DNA of 63,749 nucleotides, filler included. It is 7 parts of 7 records of this genome, joined end to end, with 100 filler letters (N's around TTAATTAATTAA, not from the genome) between each part and the next. Parts side by side here need not be neighbours in the genome. Positions count along the whole stretch, not along the records: positions 19,171 to 36,926 come from SRR31156797_23624; positions 37,027 to 43,016 come from SRR31156797_23629; 5 more parts are not named here. One strand, 5' to 3'. Shown here piece by piece: positions 31,354 through 39,913 of this stretch (position 1 is its first letter; each line of letters starts with the position of its first letter). The notes beneath the pieces are model-generated. The model made no database searches. It saw nothing but the letters and a program-made list of their open reading frames with translations, and was not told where the DNA came from. Position numbers and translations under genes: made by a program.

Positions 31354-31953
31354 ATGAAAAAAATTGTTTTAGCGACAGGTAATCAAGGCAAAGTACGCGA
31401 AATGGCAGACCTGCTGGCTGATTTTGGCTTTGACGTTGTCGCGCAAAGTGAATTCAACGTTTCTGAAGTCGCAGAAACAGGCACCACGTTCATTGAGAAT
31501 GCCATTATCAAAGCTCGACACGCAGCGAAAGAAACCGGCCTTCCAGCCATTGCTGACGATTCTGGTTTAGAGGTGGATTATCTCAAAGGTGCTCCAGGTA
31601 TTTATTCTGCACGCTATGCGGGTGAAGGGGCTTCAGACCAACAGAACTTAGAAAAACTGTTAGATGCAATGAAAGATGTACCTGAAGCACAACGTACAGC
31701 GCGTTTTCACTGCGTATTGGTACTGATGCGTCATGAAAACGATCCAACTCCGATTGTGTGCCACGGAAAATGGGAAGGTCGAATTCTGGAACAGTCTCAT
31801 GGCACCAATGGCTTTGGCTACGATCCGGTCTTTTTTGTTCCTGAAGATAACTGCGCATCAGCGGAACTAGAACCCGTACGTAAAAAGCAGCTTTCTCACC
31901 GTGGTAAAGCACTGAAGAAACTGTTTCAAGCGATTGAAGAGCAAAGCCAATAA
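31354..31953 (+). CDS. rdgB: dITP/XTP pyrophosphatase
   Basis: [26 protein letters not shown]. Confidence 0.96.
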   Translation: MKKIVLATGNQGKVREMADLLADFGFDVVAQSEFNVSEVAETGTTFIENAIIKARHAAKETGLPAIADDSGLEVDYLKGAPGIYSARYAGEGASDQQNLEKLLDAMKDVPEAQRTARFHCVLVLMRHENDPTPIVCHGKWEGRILEQSHGTNGFGYDPVFFVPEDNCASAELEPVRKKQLSHRGKALKKLFQAIEEQSQ

Positions 31954-33128
31954 TGCTGACGCCCCCTGATCTTAGCCTTTATGTACACATCCCGTGGTGT
32001 GTACAAAAGTGCCCCTACTGTGATTTTAACTCTCACGCACTCAAAGCGGAGATCCCAGAAGATCACTACATTGATGCATTGCTTGAAGATCTTAATACCG
32101 ATATCGAGCGTTATCAGCTTGCCGATGATCCACGTAAATTACATTCGATCTTTATCGGTGGTGGCACTCCAAGCTTGATCTCATCTGAAGGTATCGGCCG
32201 TTTATTGCGAGGTATTGAACAGCGCATTGCATTTAAGCCCAATATCGAAATTACGATGGAAGCAAACCCTGGAACCATTGAAGCTGAACGCTTTGCAGGA
32301 TACCGCAAAGAAGGTGTCACTCGAATTTCTATTGGGGTACAAAGCTTTGATCCAGAAAAACTGCAACGCCTTGGTCGTATTCACGGTAAAGATGAAGCAC
32401 TTCGAGCCGCAGAATTGGCGCACAGTATTGGGCTTAATAGTTTTAATCTAGATTTAATGCACGGCTTGCCAGATCAAAGCATTGATGAAGCGCTAGCGGA
32501 TCTCGATCAAGCCATTGCGCTTAATCCACCGCATCTATCCTGGTATCAGCTCACCATTGAGCCCAATACTCTGTTTTACTTTAAACCGCCTACCCTGCCC
32601 GACGATGATGATTTATGGGATATCTTCGAACTGGGACATCAAAAACTGACAGCAGCGGGATATGTTCAATATGAGATTTCTGGTTACAGCAAACCGGAAT
32701 ACCAATGCCAGCACAATCTCAACTATTGGCGTTTTGGTGATTACTTAGGCATTGGCTGTGGCTCTCACGGCAAACTAAGTTTTAGTGATGGTCGAATCGT
32801 TCGCACCACTAAAGTAAAACATCCTAAAGGCTACTTAGCGGCGTATCAGAACCTCACTAAACCTTATTTAGACAGTGAACAATTAGTCACGGACGAAGAT
32901 CGTCCTTTCGAATTCTTCATGAATCGCTTCCGATTAATGGAACCGTGCCCGAAAGCGGATTTCACTGCCAGCACGGGTTTAAGTTTAGAAGTCATTAAAC
33001 CAACCATAGATTGGGCATTAGAGTTGGGCTACTTAAGTGAAGATACAACTCACTGGCAGATTACAGAGAAAGGGAAACTGTTCTTAAACGATCTGCTTGA
33101 AGCCTTTATGGCTGAAGAAGATGCATAA
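31953..33128 (+). CDS. hemW: Radical SAM heme chaperone HemW
   Basis: LYVHIPWCVQKCPYCDFNS, GGGTPS, HNLNYW; rdgB-hemW synteny. Confidence 0.95.
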   Translation: MLTPPDLSLYVHIPWCVQKCPYCDFNSHALKAEIPEDHYIDALLEDLNTDIERYQLADDPRKLHSIFIGGGTPSLISSEGIGRLLRGIEQRIAFKPNIEITMEANPGTIEAERFAGYRKEGVTRISIGVQSFDPEKLQRLGRIHGKDEALRAAELAHSIGLNSFNLDLMHGLPDQSIDEALADLDQAIALNPPHLSWYQLTIEPNTLFYFKPPTLPDDDDLWDIFELGHQKLTAAGYVQYEISGYSKPEYQCQHNLNYWRFGDYLGIGCGSHGKLSFSDGRIVRTTKVKHPKGYLAAYQNLTKPYLDSEQLVTDEDRPFEFFMNRFRLMEPCPKADFTASTGLSLEVIKPTIDWALELGYLSEDTTHWQITEKGKLFLNDLLEAFMAEEDA

Positions 33129-33134
33129 CAGAAC

Positions 33135-33233
33135 AGTGAACAGGAGTCGATAAACAAACCCTATTTGCCATGGCGGGCAAATTGGAGCCCCAAGGATGGG
33201 TTCATGCGTGTTTGTGTTCGATTTCTGTTCATT
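33135..33233. repeat. Structured intergenic element with terminal inverted repeats and two inner hairpins
   Basis: TGAACAGGAGTCGA...TCGATTTCTGTTCA outer stem; ATTTGCC-ATGGCG-GGCAAAT and GAGCCC-CAAGGAT-GGGTTC hairpins. Confidence 0.55.
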
Positions 33234-33249
33234 AATTTTCTACGCACAT

Positions 33250-33279
33250 AAAAAAGCCAACATAACAATGTTGGCTTTT
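33250..33279. terminator. Bidirectional intrinsic terminator between hemW and trmB
   Basis: AAAAGCCAACAT-AACA-ATGTTGGCTTTT with A/T tracts on both sides. Confidence 0.85.
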
Positions 33280-33295
33280 CTCTTTACTGAAAATA

Positions 33296-34015
33296 TTAGC
33301 TAATACGCTTATATTTAATATCCCACACACCGTGACCGAGACGGTGACCGCGCTGTTCAAACTTCGTTAGCGGACGCTCATCAGGGCGAGGAATATAATC
33401 ACCATCTGACGCAATATTTTCAAAACCTGGCGCTTGATTCATGATTTCAATCATATGTTCCGCGTAGTTTTCCCAGTCTGTCGCCATATGGAAGATACCT
33501 TCACCCACAATCAGCTTTTGACGAACCATTTCTGCGAACTCTAGCTGAACGATACGACGTTTATGGTGACGCTTTTTGTGCCAAGGATCTGGGAAGAACA
33601 GTTGTAGAGTGTGCAAGCTGTTATTCGGAATCATATGCTCAAATACTTCAACCGCGTCATGACACATAACACGAAGATTAGTAATGCCTTCTTCACGAGC
33701 AGCAGATAAACACGCCCCCACACCTGGGCTGTGAACTTCAATACCAATAAAGTTTTTCTCAGGAGCATTCTTCGCCATTTCAACCAGTGATGCACCCATA
33801 CCAAAACCAATTTCCAATACAACAGGGTTATCATTACCAAATACTTGGTTCCAATCGAGTAAACTCGTTTGGTATTCAATACCCATTGTTGGCCAGCATT
33901 CTTTCATCGCTAACTCTTGGCCCTTGGTTAAACGACCTTCGCGACGAACAAAACTGCGAATTCTGCGTACGATTTTACCGTCTTCAGTGAACTCGTTTGT
34001 GGTTACTTCACTCAT
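33296..34015 (-). CDS. trmB: tRNA m7G46 methyltransferase
   Basis: [29 protein letters not shown]. Confidence 0.97.
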   Translation of the reverse strand: MSEVTTNEFTEDGKIVRRIRSFVRREGRLTKGQELAMKECWPTMGIEYQTSLLDWNQVFGNDNPVVLEIGFGMGASLVEMAKNAPEKNFIGIEVHSPGVGACLSAAREEGITNLRVMCHDAVEVFEHMIPNNSLHTLQLFFPDPWHKKRHHKRRIVQLEFAEMVRQKLIVGEGIFHMATDWENYAEHMIEIMNQAPGFENIASDGDYIPRPDERPLTKFEQRGHRLGHGVWDIKYKRIS

Positions 34016-34190
34016 TGATATTGCCTGTTCAAATTTTAGTCTTGAGTTTGAGGGCTGTGATTATCCAAAGAATCGCCTTGGGTGCAAGTGTTATTGTTGT
34101 CGAAATACCCACAGTTTTTGTCCGTTTTACATCCAGCCCATTCTGTGGTGCAATTTTGCCATATTATTTTAATAATTATAGAGCAAGTTC

Positions 34191-35240
34191 GTGACCCCTT
34201 TCGCTAAGGCAATACTATCTTGGTATGAAGACTACGGCCGCAAGAGTTTACCGTGGCAGCAAAACAAAACCGCATACAGCGTTTGGCTGTCGGAAATCAT
34301 GCTGCAACAAACTCAGGTAGCAACCGTAATCCCATACTATCAGCGCTTTATGGAGCGCTTTCCTACTGTGCAAGATCTAGCAAATGCAGAACAAGATGAA
34401 GTTCTTCATTACTGGACTGGCTTGGGCTATTACGCTCGAGCTCGAAACCTGCATAAAGCAGCCAAAACTGTGGCCGAACAGTACAACGGCGAGTTCCCAA
34501 CCGATATTGAACAGATGAATGCCCTGCCCGGCGTGGGTCGTTCAACAGCTGCTGCAGTGCTTTCATCCGTCCATAAACAGCCTCATGCTATTTTGGATGG
34601 CAATGTAAAACGAACATTAGCTCGCAGCTTTGCCGTTGAAGGTTGGCCCGGCAAAAAGGCGGTAGAAAATCAGCTTTGGCAACATGCTGAAGAACACACA
34701 CCGAACAAAGATGTCGATAAATACAATCAGGCAATGATGGATATGGGGGCGATGATTTGTACTCGTTCTAAACCCAAATGCAGCCTATGTCCGGTTGAAA
34801 GTCTCTGTGTCGCTAAAAAGCAAGGTAATCAAATCGATTACCCGGGTAAGAAGCCGAAAACGACAAAGCCAGAAAAAGAGACCTGGTTTGTCATTCTCCG
34901 CAATGGTGACGAAGTTTGGCTGGAGCAAAGACCACAAAGTGGTATCTGGGGCGGTTTATTTTGTTTCCCTGAAAACAGCCATGCAGCGATAGAAGACGCT
35001 TTAGATACTCGCTCAATCAAACAGAGCCAAGTTAAAGCGAAAAAGCAACTCATCGCGTTTCGCCACACATTTAGTCACTATCATCTCGATATTACGCCGA
35101 TTTTGTTAGAGTTATCGACCAAACCGGACATGATAATGGAAGATAGTAAAGGTCTTTGGTATAACTTAAACAAACCTGAAGAAGTAGGCTTAGCTGCACC
35201 CGTCAAGCAGTTACTAGAAAGTCTGACTTACGAGAATTAA
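34191..35240 (+). CDS. mutY: A/G-specific adenine glycosylase
   Basis: [30 protein letters not shown]-x6-C-x2-C-x5-C Fe-S motif. Confidence 0.97.
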   Translation: MTPFAKAILSWYEDYGRKSLPWQQNKTAYSVWLSEIMLQQTQVATVIPYYQRFMERFPTVQDLANAEQDEVLHYWTGLGYYARARNLHKAAKTVAEQYNGEFPTDIEQMNALPGVGRSTAAAVLSSVHKQPHAILDGNVKRTLARSFAVEGWPGKKAVENQLWQHAEEHTPNKDVDKYNQAMMDMGAMICTRSKPKCSLCPVESLCVAKKQGNQIDYPGKKPKTTKPEKETWFVILRNGDEVWLEQRPQSGIWGGLFCFPENSHAAIEDALDTRSIKQSQVKAKKQLIAFRHTFSHYHLDITPILLELSTKPDMIMEDSKGLWYNLNKPEEVGLAAPVKQLLESLTYEN

Positions 35241-35252
35241 GAGGAAATCCTT

Positions 35253-35525
35253 ATGAGCCGCACCGTATTTTGTGCTCGATTAAATAAAGAAGCTGATGGT
35301 TTGGATTTTCAGCTTTACCCGGGAGAGCTGGGTAAACGTATTTTCGACAATATTTCGAAAGAAGCATGGGGGCAATGGCAATCAAAGCAAACCATGCTTA
35401 TTAACGAAAAGAAACTCAATATGATGGATCCCGAACACCGTAAGTTACTAGAGCAAGAAATGGTTAACTTTTTGTTCGAAGGTAAAGATGTTCATATTGA
35501 GGGGTATACCCCACCTAGTGACTAA
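35253..35525 (+). CDS. yggX: Fe(II)-trafficking/oxidative damage protection protein YggX
   Basis: MSRTVFC...[18 protein letters not shown]...QTMLINE. Confidence 0.96.
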   Translation: MSRTVFCARLNKEADGLDFQLYPGELGKRIFDNISKEAWGQWQSKQTMLINEKKLNMMDPEHRKLLEQEMVNFLFEGKDVHIEGYTPPSD

Positions 35526-35558
35526 GCTAGGAAAAGCCCTATTTTAACGACAAGAAAT

Positions 35559-35611
35559 AAATGACATCATTACCACTAGGATCGACTGACCTAGTTTTGA
35601 TGTCATTTTTG
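35559..35611 (+). terminator. Terminator-like hairpin between yggX and mltC
   Basis: AAATGACATCA..ACTAGG / CCTAGT..TGATGTCATTT followed by a T-rich run. Confidence 0.5.
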
Positions 35612-35654
35612 TTTGTGTCAGGCAGAGATTATTTGCCGACGTGTTGAGGAGCGC

Positions 35655-36782
35655 ATGAAGAAGTTAGCTTGTTGTGTAATAGCCCTAGTATTGGCCGGAT
35701 GTAGTCGTGAGTTTGTTGAAGGTCTTTATGACGTAAACTACGAGCCAACCAACCGTTTTGCTAAGAATCTCGCCCAGCTCCCAGGACAGTTTGAAAAAGA
35801 CACAGCGGCTCTTGATATGTTAATTAGCAGTTTTTCTGGCAACATTGAAAAACGCTGGGGTAGCAAAGAGATCAAAGTTGCTGGGAAAAGCAACTACGTA
35901 AAGTACATCGATAACTATCTCAGTCGCACCGAAGTCAACTTCCAACAAGGTAAAATCCTGGTGGAAACTGTCTCACCGACCGATCCCCAAGGACACTTAA
36001 AGCGCGCAATCATTACCACACTGCTCACCCCAGATGACCCAATGAATGTTGACCTTTTTTCATCACAAGACATTGAATTAAAAGGCCAACCATTCCTGTA
36101 CCGACAAGTTGTCGATCAAGATAAACAACCTATCCAATGGGGGTGGCGCGCGAACCGATATGCCGATTATCTGATCGCCAACCATATGAAAGTTAAGCAA
36201 GTTGACTTCAAGAAAGCGTACTACGTTGAGATCCCAATGGTTGAGGATCAAATTCAGATCCGAAGCTATCAGTACGCGGATATCGTTCAACGCGCGTCAA
36301 GAAAATACGATATTCCAGAAGATCTGATCTACGCCATTATTAAAACAGAGAGTAGCTTTAACCCGTATGCTGTAAGTTGGGCAAATGCCTATGGCTTGAT
36401 GCAAGTTGTGCCTAAAACGGCGGGTGCCGATGTATTTAAACTGGTGAAAAAGCGCTCTGGGCAGCCTACACCGGAATACTTGTTTAACCCTGAAAACAAC
36501 ATCGATACCGGTACAGCCTACTTCTACATCCTGAAAAATCGCTATTTAAAAGACGTAAGAAACTCTACATCTCTCGAATACAGCATGATTTCTGCCTATA
36601 ACGGTGGTACTGGTGGCGTACTCAATACCTTTAGCCGTGACAGAAAACGGGCAATGTCTGACCTGAACTCATTGCAACCCAATCAAGTTTATTGGGCTTT
36701 AACCAAAAAACACCCGAACTCAGAATCTCGCCGCTACCTTGAGAAAGTGACGAAATTTAAGAAAGAATTTAATTCACAGTGA
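35655..36782 (+). CDS. mltC: Membrane-bound lytic murein transglycosylase C
   Basis: Lipobox LAGC, IKTESSFNPYAVS, GLMQV, AYNGG. Confidence 0.95.
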   Translation: MKKLACCVIALVLAGCSREFVEGLYDVNYEPTNRFAKNLAQLPGQFEKDTAALDMLISSFSGNIEKRWGSKEIKVAGKSNYVKYIDNYLSRTEVNFQQGKILVETVSPTDPQGHLKRAIITTLLTPDDPMNVDLFSSQDIELKGQPFLYRQVVDQDKQPIQWGWRANRYADYLIANHMKVKQVDFKKAYYVEIPMVEDQIQIRSYQYADIVQRASRKYDIPEDLIYAIIKTESSFNPYAVSWANAYGLMQVVPKTAGADVFKLVKKRSGQPTPEYLFNPENNIDTGTAYFYILKNRYLKDVRNSTSLEYSMISAYNGGTGGVLNTFSRDRKRAMSDLNSLQPNQVYWALTKKHPNSESRRYLEKVTKFKKEFNSQ

Positions 36783-36851
36783 CAAAAAGCGAACAACTCG
36801 CTCAAAATAACAGCGATCGACACAGTTTTTCGTTTTTTTATCAAAAACAGG

Positions 36852-36888
36852 TTGACGCAGAGAGGGAAAATCCGTTTAATAGCGCTCC
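36852..36888 (+). promoter_or_regulatory. Sigma70 stable-RNA promoter
   Basis: TTGACG-17 nt-TTTAAT, GC-rich discriminator, AT-rich upstream tract, directly before a tRNA. Confidence 0.8.
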
Positions 36889-36891
36889 GTT

Positions 36892-36926
36892 GCCCGGATA
36901 GCTCAGTCGGTAGAGCAGAGGATTGA
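36892..36926 (+). tRNA. tRNA-Phe, 5' half (cut by the contig edge)
   Basis: GCCCGGATAGCTCAGTCGGTAGAGCAGAGGATTGA matches the gammaproteobacterial tRNA-Phe 5' end; the anticodon is cut after GA. Confidence 0.85.
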
Positions 36927-37026
36927 NNNNNNNNNNNNNNNNNNNNNNNNNNNNNNNNNNNNNNNNNNNNTTAATTAATTAANNNNNNNNNNNNNNNNNN
37001 NNNNNNNNNNNNNNNNNNNNNNNNNN
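36927..37026. other. Artificial contig spacer
   Basis: N44-TTAATTAATTAA-N44. Confidence 0.99.
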
Positions 37027-37486
37027 TGAATCAGCCGTATTAACCTGCATGGCCTACGTGGACCTTAATCCGATTCGGGCCGGCATAGCCCGGACGCCGG
37101 AAACAAGCTTTTTCACCAGCGTCCATGATCGTATTACGTCGAGGCAGTTTGGCAAAGGCTATTGGTTGACCCCATTCATAGGCGAAAACGGTAACAATCA
37201 ATCTCCTGTATTGGATTTACAACTTGATGAATATCTCAACTTGGTGGACTGGACTGGAAGACAGATTCGGGGCGATGGCAAATCAAGCATCCCGGCGCAT
37301 TTGACGCCGATTTTGACCCGGTTAAGTATTGATAATGATTCCTGGATCGACACAGTCCGAGGATATGGCGGCCTTTTCCACCGGGTTGTCGGTAGATTGG
37401 ACTCCATGATCAGTGCTGCGAGGGCGTCTGGACTACGTTGGTTTGGCGGTATAAGGAACTGCGCCAAGGCCTTTTCACCAGCCTGA
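37027..37486 (+). mobile_element. HUH/Y1 (RAYT-like) transposase gene, C-terminal part
   Basis: ESAVLTCMAYVDLNPIRAGIARTPETS carries the catalytic-Tyr YxxxNPxRAG motif; YLNLVDWTGRQIR..GK is typical of the long RAYT-like clade. Confidence 0.85.
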
Positions 37487-37680
37487 ACTATATAGCGCCA
37501 AATGGTTTTGATTAGGTTGTTTCTATACCTAACGCGGACAAGTATGTATGAAATCTTAAATAGCCTATATTCAAATTCTTATTGCGCCCAAATTCAAGGT
37601 CTTAAATCAAGGCTGCAGTCTGACAATAATCTTATTATTTTAAGTGAGCCTCAAAATTTAAAAAACGCAGTATTAAATTA

Positions 37681-38348
37681 AAAATTGGGTGTCAATTAAT
37701 ATTGAAGAGGCATTACATGACTGTTTTGGAAAAGTTGTTTAAAAATCTTGTTTTAAAAAGGTAAGCAGGTTTAGGCCAACAGCAGGATCGTATTGTCTTT
37801 CGGCTTCAATACCCTCTACTTCAATTATAACAGCTTCGGCAATCAGGTATACTTCGCTGCTTTCCCGGATACAACCGAGTACTGTTGGTTCATCTCCACG
37901 TCCGAGCCCCATGTGCATATGAAGGGATGGACCATCCGGTCCCTTGACCATAGTGCCCATTCCCAATATTTCCCGGCCGTCCGCGAATTTTTTCCAAACA
38001 GGTTCCGGAGGGATGACGGCTTCTTTAGGGCCTACTACGACGCTTCCTTTTTTCATTGCGCCTAGAGCCATAACCAGGGCTTGATTAACGTTTTCCCTCA
38101 AGGCGATCTTTTCCAACTCAAGGCGCAAGTCCTCTCCATCGTCCAAGCGCACCCAAATGATACGTCCGATATTTCCGACACGGTAGTTCATGACCGGCTT
38201 TTTAACACATATTTACCCGGCATTAAAGGAGTATTTGAATTTGTCATATTTTATTAGGGGTAAATCTGAATATTAAAATATGGATGTCAATGTATTGATA
38301 AATCTAAAAGATGCCTTTAGCTGAAATATGGGTGTCATAATATTATTG
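37681..38348 (+). repeat. Three same-orientation copies of an AAA(T)WTGGRTGTCA...ATTG motif
   Basis: Copies at 37681-37704, 38275-38297 and 38324-38348. Confidence 0.6.
37739..38191 (-). CDS. PPC domain (DUF296) protein
   Basis: VRLDDGEDL, ALGA, EILGMG, LHMHMGLGR, E-x-I-I-E. Confidence 0.88.
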   Translation of the reverse strand: MNYRVGNIGRIIWVRLDDGEDLRLELEKIALRENVNQALVMALGAMKKGSVVVGPKEAVIPPEPVWKKFADGREILGMGTMVKGPDGPSLHMHMGLGRGDEPTVLGCIRESSEVYLIAEAVIIEVEGIEAERQYDPAVGLNLLTFLKQDF

Positions 38349-38351
38349 GAA

Positions 38352-38381
38352 ATACTCTCCGCCAAGAGCAGCGGAGAGTAT
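38352..38381 (-). terminator. Hairpin downstream of gltD
   Basis: ATACTCTCCGC-N8-GCGGAGAGTAT with only a short U-tract. Confidence 0.55.
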
Positions 38382-38407
38382 GGTCATAATGGTTGAGGGG
38401 TGTTGGA

Positions 38408-39868
38408 TTATTCTTCCATGGGCAGGACGTCCGGTAAGGATGACTCGCCCATAAGATAAAGGTCTATTTGGCGGGCCATGCGCCGACCCGAGGCGATTCC
38501 CCAGACAACAAGGGAAGCGCCTGAAGCTGCATCGCCGGCCGCAAAAACCTTGGGCATGCTGGTCATCATGTTTTCATCGATTTGAATGTTTCCCCGGCGG
38601 TCGTAAGCCAGGCCGATATCATCCAAAAGTTCATTATGATCGGGATGCACGAAACCCATGGCCAGCAAAACCAACTGCGCATCCATGACAAATTCGGACC
38701 CTTTGACTTTTTCCATTTTCGGAGGACCGCCGTCCACCGAATCGATCCAGCGAACCTCGTGGCCCCGGAGCCGCTTCACTCTACCGCTTTCGCCGATAAA
38801 CTCGGATGTCCCAACGCTCCAGCGCCTTTCTCCGCCTTCTTCGTGAGCTGGGCTGGTCCTAAGGATGTTGGGCCACATCGGCCAGGGAGTCGCCGGGTCG
38901 CGCTCTATGGGCGGTCTTGGTAGAATTTCAAGCTGATGGACGCTGAGAGCCCCCTGGCGAAGGGCGGTTCCGAGGCAGTCCGCGCCTGTGTCGCCGCCGC
39001 CGATTATGACCACTTTTTTTCCAGCCGCGTTTATTTCCGAACCGGCAAGAGGCAGTCCGGCCAGGATGCGGTTTTGCTGAACAAGATAATCCATGGCAAA
39101 ATGAACCCCGAACAATTCCCGTCCGGGAACAGGCAGGTCGCGCGGCACGCCGGCCCCGACGCATATACCAACGGCGTCAAAGCGTTTAAGCAGGTATGAC
39201 GAGGAAATATCAGCCCCGACCCTGACGTCGGTTTCGAACTGGACTCCTTCGGCCCTCATTTGGGCCAGGCGACGGTCGAGAATCCATTTTTCAAGTTTGA
39301 AGTCCGGGATGCCGTACCTGAGGATGCCTCCGATTCTATCCGACTTTTCAAAAACAGTTACTTCATGACCGGCACGGCGAAGCTGTTGCGCGGCCGCCAG
39401 TCCGGCCGGTCCGGAGCCCACAATACAGACTTTTTTCCCGGTTTCGGTTTGGGGCGGTTCCGGAAATATCCAGCCTTCGGCCCAGGCTTTTTCGACAATG
39501 GCCAGTTCATTTTGTCTGACCGTAACCGGCTGGCCGTCGATGCCGAGGGTGCACGAAGCCTCGCAAAGCGCCGGGCAGACCCTGCCCGTGATTTCCGGAA
39601 AATTATTGGTCAAGTGCAGAAGGGCGGAAGCTTCCTTCCATCGACCTCTGAAAATGAGTTCGTTCCATTCCGGTATAACGTTACCGAGAGGGCATCCCGA
39701 GCCGTGGCAGAACGGGACGCCGCAATCCATGCAGCGCGAGGCCTGGGCGGTCATGTCTTCCTCAGACATTTCCAGGTAAATTTCGCGATAATGGCCCAGC
39801 CTTTGAGCCACGGGCTGCTTTTCGAAAATTTTCCGCTCAATATTTAAAAATGCGTCTGCTTTACCCAT
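38408..39868 (-). CDS. gltD: Glutamate synthase small subunit
   Basis: RCMDCGVPFC...CP, TNNFPEITGRVCPALCE, GSGPAG, GGGDTGADC, FAAGD. Confidence 0.96.
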   Translation of the reverse strand: MGKADAFLNIERKIFEKQPVAQRLGHYREIYLEMSEEDMTAQASRCMDCGVPFCHGSGCPLGNVIPEWNELIFRGRWKEASALLHLTNNFPEITGRVCPALCEASCTLGIDGQPVTVRQNELAIVEKAWAEGWIFPEPPQTETGKKVCIVGSGPAGLAAAQQLRRAGHEVTVFEKSDRIGGILRYGIPDFKLEKWILDRRLAQMRAEGVQFETDVRVGADISSSYLLKRFDAVGICVGAGVPRDLPVPGRELFGVHFAMDYLVQQNRILAGLPLAGSEINAAGKKVVIIGGGDTGADCLGTALRQGALSVHQLEILPRPPIERDPATPWPMWPNILRTSPAHEEGGERRWSVGTSEFIGESGRVKRLRGHEVRWIDSVDGGPPKMEKVKGSEFVMDAQLVLLAMGFVHPDHNELLDDIGLAYDRRGNIQIDENMMTSMPKVFAAGDAASGASLVVWGIASGRRMARQIDLYLMGESSLPDVLPMEE

Positions 39869-39913
39869 ATCTTCAACTCGACTTGATAATTAATTAGTTA
39901 TTAATAAAAAGCA

